Positions 40,914 through 50,721 of a stretch of 64,000 bases of DNA are shown here, piece by piece. Position 1 is the first letter of the stretch, and each line of letters opens with the position of its first letter. The translations under genes and the position numbers were made by a program. This DNA is from Leptolyngbyaceae cyanobacterium (GTDB taxonomy: Bacteria; Cyanobacteriota; Cyanobacteriia; Phormidesmidales; Phormidesmidaceae): contig CBDHHL010000032.1 in NCBI GenBank assembly GCA_965263355.1, positions 928,001-992,000 on the forward strand, in the 5' to 3' direction. A model generated the notes under the pieces. The model saw only the letters and a program-made list of their open reading frames with translations, ran no database searches and was not told where the DNA came from.

Positions 40914-43711
40914 AGGGATTTTCTAAGTGATACATGAGCCTGTAACAGCTGCTTGATTTTTGCAATCTGAAAATTTGAAGCCAGTGTTTGCAATGTATTA
41001 ATCAACTGTTGTGACTGAGCATCTGTCACCACCAGTGTCTTTAGCTTAGTTTCGATGTCCTGAATATTCCCCATCATCGCCCAGTGGTAAAGCTCATCCA
41101 AGATGGTATCAGGGATTAAAACAGGTGTATCCATCTTTAAATTGATGGGTGAACTTGGTTCAATCTGAGAATTATTCAAATCACTCTCATCGTATAGCCA
41201 CTCAAGCGCAAGCAATGTTTCCAAGGTTTCTGTTAGAGTTTTTAAATCAATGGGTTTAGGCAAAAACGTATTCGCACCAGCCGCTAAACTGCGTTGGCGA
41301 TCCGTTTCAAAAACACTGGCACTAATCACAATTACGGGAATATCTTGAAGTCCTTTGATCTGCCTTAACTGTTGAAGTAAATCAACTCCATTGAGTGTAG
41401 GCATAACCAAATCCGTAATAATCAGGTCAGGATATTGCTGCTTAATTAACTCTAAACCAGTTAAGCCATTGTCAGCACTATAGACATGGAATCCGATAGA
41501 ACCCAAAAAATCCAACAGCAGTTTAGAATCTTCTGAACTATCATCAATGACTAAAATGTTTGGAGTTTTTCCTTTAATACCAATAATTGTTCTGGCTGAG
41601 TCAATAAGGTGACTGCGGTCACCATACTCCAGCACAGGAATTTCCAAATCCATCCAAAACAGACTCCCCTCCCCTGGCATGCTTTGTACCTGAAGCTGGC
41701 TCCCCATTAACGTGACAATTTGTTGACTAATGGCTAGCCCCAAACCTGTTCCCTCTGACTTACGCTGACCATTGCCAACTTGCTCAAATGGTTTGAAAAT
41801 CTGTTCCAATTGGTCTGAAGTTATACCAATTCCCGTATCCTCAACCGATATACGCAGCCGACAATATTGGATTAACTGAGATGAGCCATCAGAAGAAGCG
41901 TTATCTAACCGCTTTACACTAAATGCAACACTCCCTTGATCGGTAAATTTTATAGCGTTACTAATCAGGTTAATCAAGACTTGACGAAAGCGTTTTTCAT
42001 CAATCTTCACTATCTGAGGTAGCGGGTAATCTAGGTTTAGAGTAAAGGTAAGCTCTTTTGCACGGGCACGAATCTGACACATCTCAGCCACACCCGATAG
42101 CAATGGCTCTAGATAAACCTCTTTAGGAAACAGTTCAAGCTTACGGGCCTCAATTTTGGCAAGGTCCAAAATATCATTAATCAAGGTGAGCAGATGGTTA
42201 CCACATTGATGAATAATCGAAATTTTATTGTGCTCTTCGTCTGTTAACGTTCGTGAGTTTTGCAAAATTTGGGTATATCCCAAAATGCCATTGAGGGGTG
42301 TACGTAGCTCATGGCTCATATTGGCTAAAAACTCGCTTTTGGCTTGGTTAGCATTATCAGCAGTCTGTTTAGCTTGGGCAAGTTCTTGCGTACGCTCTTT
42401 CACCTTTGTTTCTAGGGTGAGCGCATAATCTAAAAGCCGTTGATGAGAAAACTTCAACTGCTGATTTGTGAGCTGTAACCGATGTTTTTTAAACCGACTA
42501 GTGGTTGCGATCGCACTCCCCACTAAAGCCACCATCGGTGCCACGACCGGCAACACCCACCCCATTAGAAAACTGATATAACTTCCCCCTAGAAGCAATA
42601 TAGCACTCCCCCCCGTGACGACACTCGGCATTAAAAACCACCGCCGCTGCCGATTTTCTTGATGGTTATAGGTTTCTAAAAACCAATTTCCCAATGTCCC
42701 CCCAAACGCCCACAGAGTAATCCACAGCCACTGATATTCCCATGTCCAGCCCCGCAATAGAGGCCGTTTCCCCAGAGCACTGTCCAATAGATAGCTGGTA
42801 ATGTTGGCATGAATTAGCACACCAGCCATACGCTCATCTGCAGGCCCAAAGCCACCACTGTAGGGAGTGGCAAAAAAGTCCTTAGTACTGGCAGCAATGG
42901 AACCAATGTAGACAATGCGATCGCGCATCAAGCCCTCAGGAATCTTACCTGCCAGTACATCCGTAATTGAAATTTGTTGATATTGATGACTAGGACCATG
43001 CCACCCCATCAACACTTGATAGCCACCTAACTCATGGTTAGGGTAGCCAGCCGCCCGTCGCACCATCGGTAAAAAATCAGCCTGCCCCAACCGAAACTGC
43101 TGCCGGTCAAGGTTAACAGATTCAAGGACAATGCCATCCTGTTCTAGATAATTAAGGGCTAATTGGGTGCCCAACCCAGTTTTAATGACAGATGTTCGTT
43201 TATCTTCAGCAACGACTAAAATACGCCGAATGGTTTGATCCTTATCTGATACAAAATCAGCAACGGCAACCTGGCCAGTCTCTGCCAAGATTGGTGGAGG
43301 AGCTACCTGTCTACCAAAAACCTTCTCCACACCAATCAGTTGAGGTGTTGTCTCAAAAACATCCAGCAGTTGCCGATGCCCTGGCTCTTCCGGTAAATCT
43401 CGATACAGATCTAACCCAATCACCCGAGGCTGCTGAGCCCGAATATTAATTAACACCTGAGCCAAGGTTTTATCCGTAATGGGCCAGTGTCCCAACGCCT
43501 GAATATCCGGCTCATCCACCGTGACCACTACCACCCGATTATCAACAGGTGCTAACGCTCTACGACGATAAAACTCATCGCGGATAGCCCATTCCAACAA
43601 GTTTAACAGACCGAACCCATTGACAAAAATCACAATAGCGGACACACCAGGTGCCACAGACCAAATGGGCTTAGATTGCCGAATAAATTGTCTGAGGGCA
43701 ACTAAAAACAC
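40910..43711 (-). CDS. CHASE2-domain hybrid sensor kinase (CHASE2-3TM-HisKA-HATPase-REC)
   Basis: [28 protein letters not shown] and [10 protein letters not shown]; 4-bp overlap with the downstream REC-HK. Confidence 0.93.
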   Translation of the reverse strand: MFLVALRQFIRQSKPIWSVAPGVSAIVIFVNGFGLLNLLEWAIRDEFYRRRALAPVDNRVVVVTVDEPDIQALGHWPITDKTLAQVLINIRAQQPRVIGLDLYRDLPEEPGHRQLLDVFETTPQLIGVEKVFGRQVAPPPILAETGQVAVADFVSDKDQTIRRILVVAEDKRTSVIKTGLGTQLALNYLEQDGIVLESVNLDRQQFRLGQADFLPMVRRAAGYPNHELGGYQVLMGWHGPSHQYQQISITDVLAGKIPEGLMRDRIVYIGSIAASTKDFFATPYSGGFGPADERMAGVLIHANITSYLLDSALGKRPLLRGWTWEYQWLWITLWAFGGTLGNWFLETYNHQENRQRRWFLMPSVVTGGSAILLLGGSYISFLMGWVLPVVAPMVALVGSAIATTSRFKKHRLQLTNQQLKFSHQRLLDYALTLETKVKERTQELAQAKQTADNANQAKSEFLANMSHELRTPLNGILGYTQILQNSRTLTDEEHNKISIIHQCGNHLLTLINDILDLAKIEARKLELFPKEVYLEPLLSGVAEMCQIRARAKELTFTLNLDYPLPQIVKIDEKRFRQVLINLISNAIKFTDQGSVAFSVKRLDNASSDGSSQLIQYCRLRISVEDTGIGITSDQLEQIFKPFEQVGNGQRKSEGTGLGLAISQQIVTLMGSQLQVQSMPGEGSLFWMDLEIPVLEYGDRSHLIDSARTIIGIKGKTPNILVIDDSSEDSKLLLDFLGSIGFHVYSADNGLTGLELIKQQYPDLIITDLVMPTLNGVDLLQQLRQIKGLQDIPVIVISASVFETDRQRSLAAGANTFLPKPIDLKTLTETLETLLALEWLYDESDLNNSQIEPSSPINLKMDTPVLIPDTILDELYHWAMMGNIQDIETKLKTLVVTDAQSQQLINTLQTLASNFQIAKIKQLLQAHVSLRKSL

Positions 43712-43863
43712 GTACTGATTAATCTATCCGTCAAAATCACACTCCATCCCAATGTTATGAAGTATTCGAGACTTTTAGTCTAAATCAGTAAATGATCAAT
43801 CTCCATGTCTGTTTCACTAAAGGACTTTAACTTTAGTTCGTAACAAATAATGCGCGTGAGTCA

Positions 43864-44883
43864 TCAAAGGAAAGAATGCTCTAACAAAGAATCTAACCCA
43901 ACTGAGTCAAGGAACTCAGTCCAATTAGCAATCGTATCAACCTGAGTTTGAGGATTAAGTTGTAGCTCAGCCAACTGTTCAGCTGCATCGTACCAGATGC
44001 CAGCTTGGGCTAACACCTTAGCTTTCGCCAAACCAGTAAGCCCATCCACTTGAACAACAGAAGCTACATCAACACGCTTAATCCAAGCAGTCACATAGGG
44101 GCTGCTTGGTGTAATGTATTGGCCCGTTTGCAACGTTACAAACCATTGATAATATTTGCCAACAGCTAATTCTGGAGCATTCTCGTGTAGAGTAATCCTC
44201 AAAATACCATCCGCTCCATCCAAAGGAACGACCTGACGATAAATGACTGATCGAGTCTCATCTTTTAGGCTAAAAATCGCAGTATGCGCTTTAGTTTCAG
44301 GCAAATAAGCCATGATTGTAGGTCGCGCTGAAACAGTCAACCCATAAAGGTTGACTGGAGTCACAGGCATCATAGCTGTTACATAATTAGGCGCAAACCC
44401 ATGAACCGCAACACTCCCCTCTTCTGAGGAGAACAGAGCACTATCTTCAACACGACTTTCTCGAGAGGCACCGCTCACTGTACTCTGAGGGGCTGCATTG
44501 TCTGGAGGCGGGGTAAACCCAATTCGAGAGGCACCACTAGTTGCACTATCAGGCGCAGAATTGTCTGGAGGTGGAATAAACCCAATTCGAGAGGCACCAC
44601 CAGTTGCATTATCAGGCGCAGAATTGCCTGGAGGCGGAATAAACCCAATTCGAGAGGCACCACCAGTTGCACTATCAGGCGCAGAATTGTCTGGAGGCGG
44701 AATAAACCTGATACTGCTGCGGGAAGCCCCGCCATCACCACGACTTGGAGCAGTGTTGTCCACCGGAGGAATAAAAGTCACTGCTAAGGTCGGCGCTAGA
44801 GTAGTCAACCAGAGCCCTAAGCTTATATATGTCAGCCTGACTAGATTACTCAACAAGCTATACTTCATCACCATACGCCTCAC
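43864..44883 (-). CDS. Exported DUF928 domain protein with N-terminal peptide repeats
   Basis: Signal peptide; GLTVSARPT..AYLP, L.VGK.YQW and GIWYDA. Confidence 0.88.
   Translation of the reverse strand: MRRMVMKYSLLSNLVRLTYISLGLWLTTLAPTLAVTFIPPVDNTAPSRGDGGASRSSIRFIPPPDNSAPDSATGGASRIGFIPPPGNSAPDNATGGASRIGFIPPPDNSAPDSATSGASRIGFTPPPDNAAPQSTVSGASRESRVEDSALFSSEEGSVAVHGFAPNYVTAMMPVTPVNLYGLTVSARPTIMAYLPETKAHTAIFSLKDETRSVIYRQVVPLDGADGILRITLHENAPELAVGKYYQWFVTLQTGQYITPSSPYVTAWIKRVDVASVVQVDGLTGLAKAKVLAQAGIWYDAAEQLAELQLNPQTQVDTIANWTEFLDSVGLDSLLEHSFL
44461..44781 (-). repeat. Five in-frame 63-bp tandem repeats (21 aa, xxFxPPxxNxAPxxxxxGASR)
   Basis: Unit positions 44521, 44584 and 44647 are exactly 63 bp apart. 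Confidence 0.92.
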
Positions 44884-45270
44884 TTAACCCTAGGTAAGAT
44901 TGCTGAAGTAATCGATACTAAAAATGCAAACGTGCAGATAACCCTTTAACACAGACCTATGCGCCTTACTCTTCCTAGTAAACTTTGTCTCAATTCAAAC
45001 CTCATTTTTTTTTACCGACTTTCTACTAAAAACCATAGTTACGTAGAAATAAGAGAGCCTTATTTAGGATAAATCCTAGTCAATTTTAATCAAAAGCAAG
45101 GACATAATCTTTATGATTATTGAGCATTTTATAGAGCTAATTAGCCCCAAAAAATTTATCGAATACTTATTTTTTTAGTTTTGCGAAAGTTCACCCAAAG
45201 TCTTTTGTAAAAATTCATGAAACGAGTTTACGCAAATTCACGCAAAGTCTCTTTTTTTAGTTACTTCCGC

Positions 45271-47844
45271 TTAGAGCCAGTTACCAATTAACACATAGGG
45301 CGACCAGAAAAAGGGCTCAGCAAAGTCTTTGTTTTTTAACAACTTCAGCTGTGCCTGACGTAGCGCTTCTGCCTTAGTCATCCTAGACTGTCCTAGATTT
45401 TGATAAAAATCGATCATCAGCTGCTTAGCCACTTCATCCCTGACAGACCATAGAGTCGCTAGAGTAGAACGGGCACCCGAGCGAACCGCTAATCCAGCTA
45501 ACCCCAGTGTGGCCCGATCATCCCCTGCAGCTGTTTCACAGGCACTGAGGGTTAACAGCTCAATGGCCTGACTACGCTCCGTTTCCCTACGTTTCAGCAG
45601 CTCTGATAACTCATTGATATTGATAGCCCCATCCCAAGTTAGAAAAAAGGTCTGACTAAAATCAGAACTAAACTGCCCATGGCTTGCTAAGTGGAGCACA
45701 TTGACTTGACGATCGGTCAAACTTTGACGTAGAGACTGACGCGTAAACTGCTGATCTAATAACTGATGTGAAGAAAACAGTTTACTGATATTGCTTACCT
45801 CTTCTTTAACCGCAGGCAATGCACTGAAACGACCGCGGGCCTGACTAATGCCAGCCACAATAGCATTATTGTCTTGGTTCTCTAAAGCATTGGCCGGTAA
45901 TAGCTGTAACCCTGGCGATAGGGCAACAGCATATTTTTCAATCAGGTATTGCTGGCCGTCGTGAAGAGCCGACATCGGTAAATTGCGAAGCAGACCGTCT
46001 AACACAAATACTAGAGTTTGCTCTGGCTTCAACAGACCGGCCTCTTCCGCTGGACGGATTAACCAGTTGTATAGAGTCTGGGCATAGCGTAATTGATCCT
46101 GACGATCGGTGGATGGATGCAGATTAGTTAGAAATGAGCGCAGCGTAGTTTCAAGTTGAGCATATTCGATCTTAGTTTCGTAGGCTTGCAACTGACCAGG
46201 TTGCGAATAAATCACTGCTAGCCGATCATCTAGAATGATGGCGTAAACCACCATGGCGTTGGCATCAATTTGATCAACTTTGTCAGTCTCAAGGTCTATA
46301 CAAGCCTCTCGAAAGAAATTGTCTAATTCTGCTATTTGTAGATTTTCTAAAATCACACGCGCTTTCTGTAAGGAGTTCTGACTCCCCTCTCGTAAAAGCT
46401 GTGAAACCAGATCTCGGTAAACCGGTTCTACCTGCTCTCGGTAGGAAAATTGAATGTCCTGGTTGATTGCTATCAGATCTCCCCGCAGACTTTGTAGAGC
46501 ATCCACCGCCTTCGTGTAAGCATCGATAGACGACTGTAATTCTCCCTGCTGTTCAAATAGCTGTCCCAGCTGCCAGGCTGACTGGGAAATGATATCTGCT
46601 GATTGAATAGATTCGGCTAGGAAAAGGGATTGTTCAGTTAAGTTAAGGGCATCGGTTAGTTGTTTATTCTGACGATATAGCCTTCCTAACTGATAGAGAG
46701 AGTAAGCCTCGGCTCGCCAATCTTTCAGTGCTTTGGCCGCTCTCACACCATTGGCTAATAGCTGACTAATTTGAGGGGTTGACAGAGGCTGAAGATCGTG
46801 GGGAAGTCGAGACAAATTGTGGGCCAGGTTAACGGTACCGTATACGGTCGTACGGCTGGCTGACATTGTAGTGAGCTGCTTTTGAATTTGCGCAGTAAGT
46901 TGAGAAATATCTGCTGTCTCTTCAAGATCGACATAGGTGGAAAGTTTATCTAAACGAGCCTGGAGCTGATCAAGCGGGATGAGCGCAGCGTCCTCCGCAG
47001 CTTGAAAGTAATCCAGCGCCTTTTGAGGTGAATCGACCTCAGCAGCCAACTTACCAATGCTCAAGTAGATAGAACTTAGTTCGGTTTGAGCGTCTAAATT
47101 ACGGGCTAGCTCAAGGCTTTGGGCCAGTACATTGTAACTATCACGGGGAGAACCGATCAGCTGTAGCGTTTGCCCTAAACTGCGCAATGCGGCAATTTTC
47201 AGCTGGCTATCGGGCAGCGTATTTAACTGCTGTGTAATTATTTGCAGTTGATCCTTGGCCCGTCGATAAAAACCTAGGGTTTGTAATGCCTGGGTCTGGT
47301 TAATTCGCACCCCCAAAGCACCCGCTGTGTCATCGGCCTGGAGATAGTAGATCTCTGCTTCTTGCCAAAGCTCTAGGGCGGTTTGAGCCTGACCACCGTG
47401 GTTCAGTGTAAGGCTAGCCTGAGTATTAAGGGTTTGAGCCCACAAAATCGGCTCTATATGGGGGGCCGTTTCCAGTAATGTTCGACTCATTTCAACGGCT
47501 TGCTGAGCCTGATCCCAGTTGTTGAGCGCTTGCTGGGCAGAGGCGATACCATTCCAGCCCATAACCTGACGAGGCAGATCTTCTTGTTGAGACGCTTGCT
47601 GAATGGCAATTTGCCACTGTTCAATTGCAGCCGCAAACTGTCCTGCGTGGTAATGGGTGCGTCCGACTGCCAATAGATCGCTGGCTGATATGGCCTGAAC
47701 TGTTGTAGCTGGTCGCTCTGGTGTTTCAGTAATTGCTGGAACGGGTAAGGTAGGGTTAAATGCGATCGCAACCACCACTAGAAACCCTAATACCCCAAAC
47801 CCCAACCAACGTAATCTTTTTATTCGGAAAGACAAATACGCCAT
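45271..47844 (-). CDS. TPR-CHAT (caspase/separase-like) protease with N-terminal signal/TM segment
   Basis: TPR repeats; catalytic His in LHLASHGQF and Cys in LSACETA; terminal PFFWSPYVLIGNW. Confidence 0.93.
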   Translation of the reverse strand: MAYLSFRIKRLRWLGFGVLGFLVVVAIAFNPTLPVPAITETPERPATTVQAISASDLLAVGRTHYHAGQFAAAIEQWQIAIQQASQQEDLPRQVMGWNGIASAQQALNNWDQAQQAVEMSRTLLETAPHIEPILWAQTLNTQASLTLNHGGQAQTALELWQEAEIYYLQADDTAGALGVRINQTQALQTLGFYRRAKDQLQIITQQLNTLPDSQLKIAALRSLGQTLQLIGSPRDSYNVLAQSLELARNLDAQTELSSIYLSIGKLAAEVDSPQKALDYFQAAEDAALIPLDQLQARLDKLSTYVDLEETADISQLTAQIQKQLTTMSASRTTVYGTVNLAHNLSRLPHDLQPLSTPQISQLLANGVRAAKALKDWRAEAYSLYQLGRLYRQNKQLTDALNLTEQSLFLAESIQSADIISQSAWQLGQLFEQQGELQSSIDAYTKAVDALQSLRGDLIAINQDIQFSYREQVEPVYRDLVSQLLREGSQNSLQKARVILENLQIAELDNFFREACIDLETDKVDQIDANAMVVYAIILDDRLAVIYSQPGQLQAYETKIEYAQLETTLRSFLTNLHPSTDRQDQLRYAQTLYNWLIRPAEEAGLLKPEQTLVFVLDGLLRNLPMSALHDGQQYLIEKYAVALSPGLQLLPANALENQDNNAIVAGISQARGRFSALPAVKEEVSNISKLFSSHQLLDQQFTRQSLRQSLTDRQVNVLHLASHGQFSSDFSQTFFLTWDGAININELSELLKRRETERSQAIELLTLSACETAAGDDRATLGLAGLAVRSGARSTLATLWSVRDEVAKQLMIDFYQNLGQSRMTKAEALRQAQLKLLKNKDFAEPFFWSPYVLIGNWL

Positions 47845-48063
47845 AGTCTGACTTTTGCCCTATGCAACAACAAACGCCCTAACCATTGGTACCATCAAGC
47901 AGACTGCAATACCCTTAACATCAACATCACCCTATAAGTATGTCAACAAGGGACAGCAAACGTCATCAGGAACATGCATCAGTTTGCCCTCATCTAAAGC
48001 TGCATTAATTTTTTTGGGCAGCGTCAAGACTCAGCCTCTCTAAAACCAACTATTCTTTCCTTG

Positions 48064-50721
48064 CTAATTAAAATCCATAGAAGCATCAGCACAGGTAGTT
48101 TTGGAAACCGATGAAACAGCTGCCGCATTCGTTGCAACTAGCTCAACTTGCCCCAGGTCATTGTGATACCAGATATTAGCTTCCTCTAATGTCGCATCAG
48201 TTGACACAACAGAGAATTCAATCTGGGAATCGTTGAGAAAAGAAGTGAGGTCGCGGGTGTCAGTCCAGATGCGATCGCGATGCACCCCCTCAGTCGGGGC
48301 CGCAGGCACTCCACCACGCCCTGTGACAACAAACTGATTACGCCCGCCCGTACAGCCCTGAACAACCTGGTTGCTGGCATCTGCTAAATTTTCAGGCAGT
48401 TCTACCAGTCCTGAATCTGGCTGTACATTAAAGTCATTAATGGCAACCGTACCACTGAGACCAAACTTAGAACTTGCGGTAATGTCGTTATCGGGGGTGA
48501 GTTGTTCGCGGAACATCAATCCAAACAGCCCCTGGGTCGTAATATCAATGTTGCCACCACTGCCAAAAACCGCATTGGCAACAATGTCACTATTCTCTAA
48601 ACCTAGAATGACTGGAGCAACTAAAACAATATTACCTCCAGCAGCCATGTCTGTAGCACTCGTCACAATTTCGCTATTTTGACGCAACAATATCAGCTGA
48701 GTAGCATTGATATTGATATTGCCCTCAATACCCGCTGTTACTTGTGCCTGCAAAACACCATCGTTGAGCACAAGATTGTCTGCAGAGATTGTCAAATTGC
48801 CTGCATTGCCCTCATTCAAACTACTGACCGACACTTGCCCCCCATCGCGAATGGTAATTTGATCGCCATTGAGCCTAATGGCACCTGCATTAAAGCTAGT
48901 AGTTGAGCTAGACGTGATTGCACTATGAAATAATGCATCATCCGATTGTCCAGCAATGTCAATTTCGCTGGCACGAATGTTAATGCTGCCTGCTGCTCCA
49001 AAACCCTCAGTCGATGCCGTAATCTGTCCTCCACGGGAAATCTGCAACTGATCAGCTTCGATATCTAGCGATCCTCCATTACCGGTGGAATCTATATTCA
49101 CACTGGCAACGATACCACTCACCGTATCGGACGCGTCCACAACAGCATCAGCTACCTCAATCAGGTCAGCCTGGATAGAAAGATTGCCCCCATCACCACT
49201 GCCAACAGTATTAACGGCTATTTTGCCCCCTTGAGTAATCGTTAACCGGGGTGTTGTCAGGCTCAGGTCTCCCGCATTTCCAGTAGACTCAAATTCAGCA
49301 CTCGAAAATATACCGCTGGACAAAAGATCCCCAAAAACAACTCCAGTACCTTGAATATCAACGGCATCTGTCGCCGTAATCGTAAACGCCCCTGAGCTAC
49401 CCCCACCAAAGGTACCAGTGCCGATTTGGCTACCCTCCCGCAGTACTAAACGCTCAACATTTAGAATAAAATCCCCACCATCACCTGCATCGGGGCCTTC
49501 TCCAAAGGTCGTCGCTTGAATAAGTGTTGGCTTTTGAGCCAAAAGTTGGTTGGCAGTAATGGTCAGATCCCCTCCTTGACCAGGTCCAAACGTGTCTGCT
49601 GCAATGACAGTCGCGAACTCATTGGAGATCCCCAATAGAGAAATGTCATCCGCATTGATTGTCAGGTCTCCTCCTGCCCCCGTTCCCTCCGCTTCGGCAA
49701 CAATAAAGGCTGTATTTGTCAACGTCAACAGATCTGTCTCAATTAATAGGCTATTGCCCTGTCCTGCAGCTAGGGGACTCACATCAATAACAACCGGGGG
49801 AAAGGTATCATCTCCAATCAGCTCCAACTTGTCAGTAGCGCGAATAGTTAGAGTTTCACCATCAGAGTCTCCCAGGTTAAATGCGAATAGGGCCGCATCG
49901 TCGGTCAGGGTAATCGAGCGACCCTGCAATTGAAATCGACCCCCTCCATCACCACTAACATCAACCATCGCCCCTTGAGTCAGCAGAATATCTTGAAAAT
50001 CAGTAGCATTGTCATAGGTAATCAAAAACGTGTTGGGATCGATGGTGACTTGGCTATCTGCCGCCACACCACCCAGCACAGTATAGCCAGACTCTACGAT
50101 GATGTTACTTCCGAAAAATTGAAGATTACCACCTAACAAACCCAGAGATTCTCCAGTATTGAGAATTAACTCACTTTGATTAAGGGTAATCTCATTGGCC
50201 GTATTACCAAACTGCAAACCGACAGGGGTACTAACGCTTAACAGAGGAGCACTGTTCGAATTACGACTACTAAAACTCAGTTCATCGTTAAATAAAACAC
50301 TCTCGGCTGTACTGGCAAAGAATGATCCTGGCAACAACAAACTTGCATTAGCTCCAAAGGTAATACCGTTGGGATTGATCAGAAATAAATCCGGATTGTT
50401 CCCACCGGTTAGCTCTAATTGTCCATCGATCAAAGAGAGATTTGCCCCCGTTACTCGACCAATAACGACATCCACAGCACTCTGAGTGCCATCTAGCTGA
50501 AACAGCACATCGGCTGTACTGGGTGAAAATTCTTGAAAACTGTGGAACAATGTTGTCAACTGCTGGCTACCGCCCGTGACGGTGAAGGGGCCATCGCCTG
50601 CAATGGTGGTACCCACTGTTCCATCCGCGACTACATTCTGAGCATAGCCAGGCAAAGCCAATGCCAAAATGCCGATTACCCCCAGCCACCCTATGGGCCA
50701 AGCAAATCGTCTATTGCTCAT
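48064..50721 (-). CDS. TpsA / filamentous haemagglutinin N-terminal domain protein (copy 2)
   Basis: Signal peptide, LFHSFQEFS, NPNGITFG and GxGGxLxIxA beta-helix repeats. Confidence 0.92.
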   Translation of the reverse strand: MSNRRFAWPIGWLGVIGILALALPGYAQNVVADGTVGTTIAGDGPFTVTGGSQQLTTLFHSFQEFSPSTADVLFQLDGTQSAVDVVIGRVTGANLSLIDGQLELTGGNNPDLFLINPNGITFGANASLLLPGSFFASTAESVLFNDELSFSSRNSNSAPLLSVSTPVGLQFGNTANEITLNQSELILNTGESLGLLGGNLQFFGSNIIVESGYTVLGGVAADSQVTIDPNTFLITYDNATDFQDILLTQGAMVDVSGDGGGRFQLQGRSITLTDDAALFAFNLGDSDGETLTIRATDKLELIGDDTFPPVVIDVSPLAAGQGNSLLIETDLLTLTNTAFIVAEAEGTGAGGDLTINADDISLLGISNEFATVIAADTFGPGQGGDLTITANQLLAQKPTLIQATTFGEGPDAGDGGDFILNVERLVLREGSQIGTGTFGGGSSGAFTITATDAVDIQGTGVVFGDLLSSGIFSSAEFESTGNAGDLSLTTPRLTITQGGKIAVNTVGSGDGGNLSIQADLIEVADAVVDASDTVSGIVASVNIDSTGNGGSLDIEADQLQISRGGQITASTEGFGAAGSINIRASEIDIAGQSDDALFHSAITSSSTTSFNAGAIRLNGDQITIRDGGQVSVSSLNEGNAGNLTISADNLVLNDGVLQAQVTAGIEGNININATQLILLRQNSEIVTSATDMAAGGNIVLVAPVILGLENSDIVANAVFGSGGNIDITTQGLFGLMFREQLTPDNDITASSKFGLSGTVAINDFNVQPDSGLVELPENLADASNQVVQGCTGGRNQFVVTGRGGVPAAPTEGVHRDRIWTDTRDLTSFLNDSQIEFSVVSTDATLEEANIWYHNDLGQVELVATNAAAVSSVSKTTCADASMDFN

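Noticed and set aside
44461..44781. 63-bp periodic repeats as a CRISPR array
   Set aside because: The repeats are in-frame and coding with no unique spacers; the overlapping ORFs 44475..44741 and 44498..44887 are shadows.
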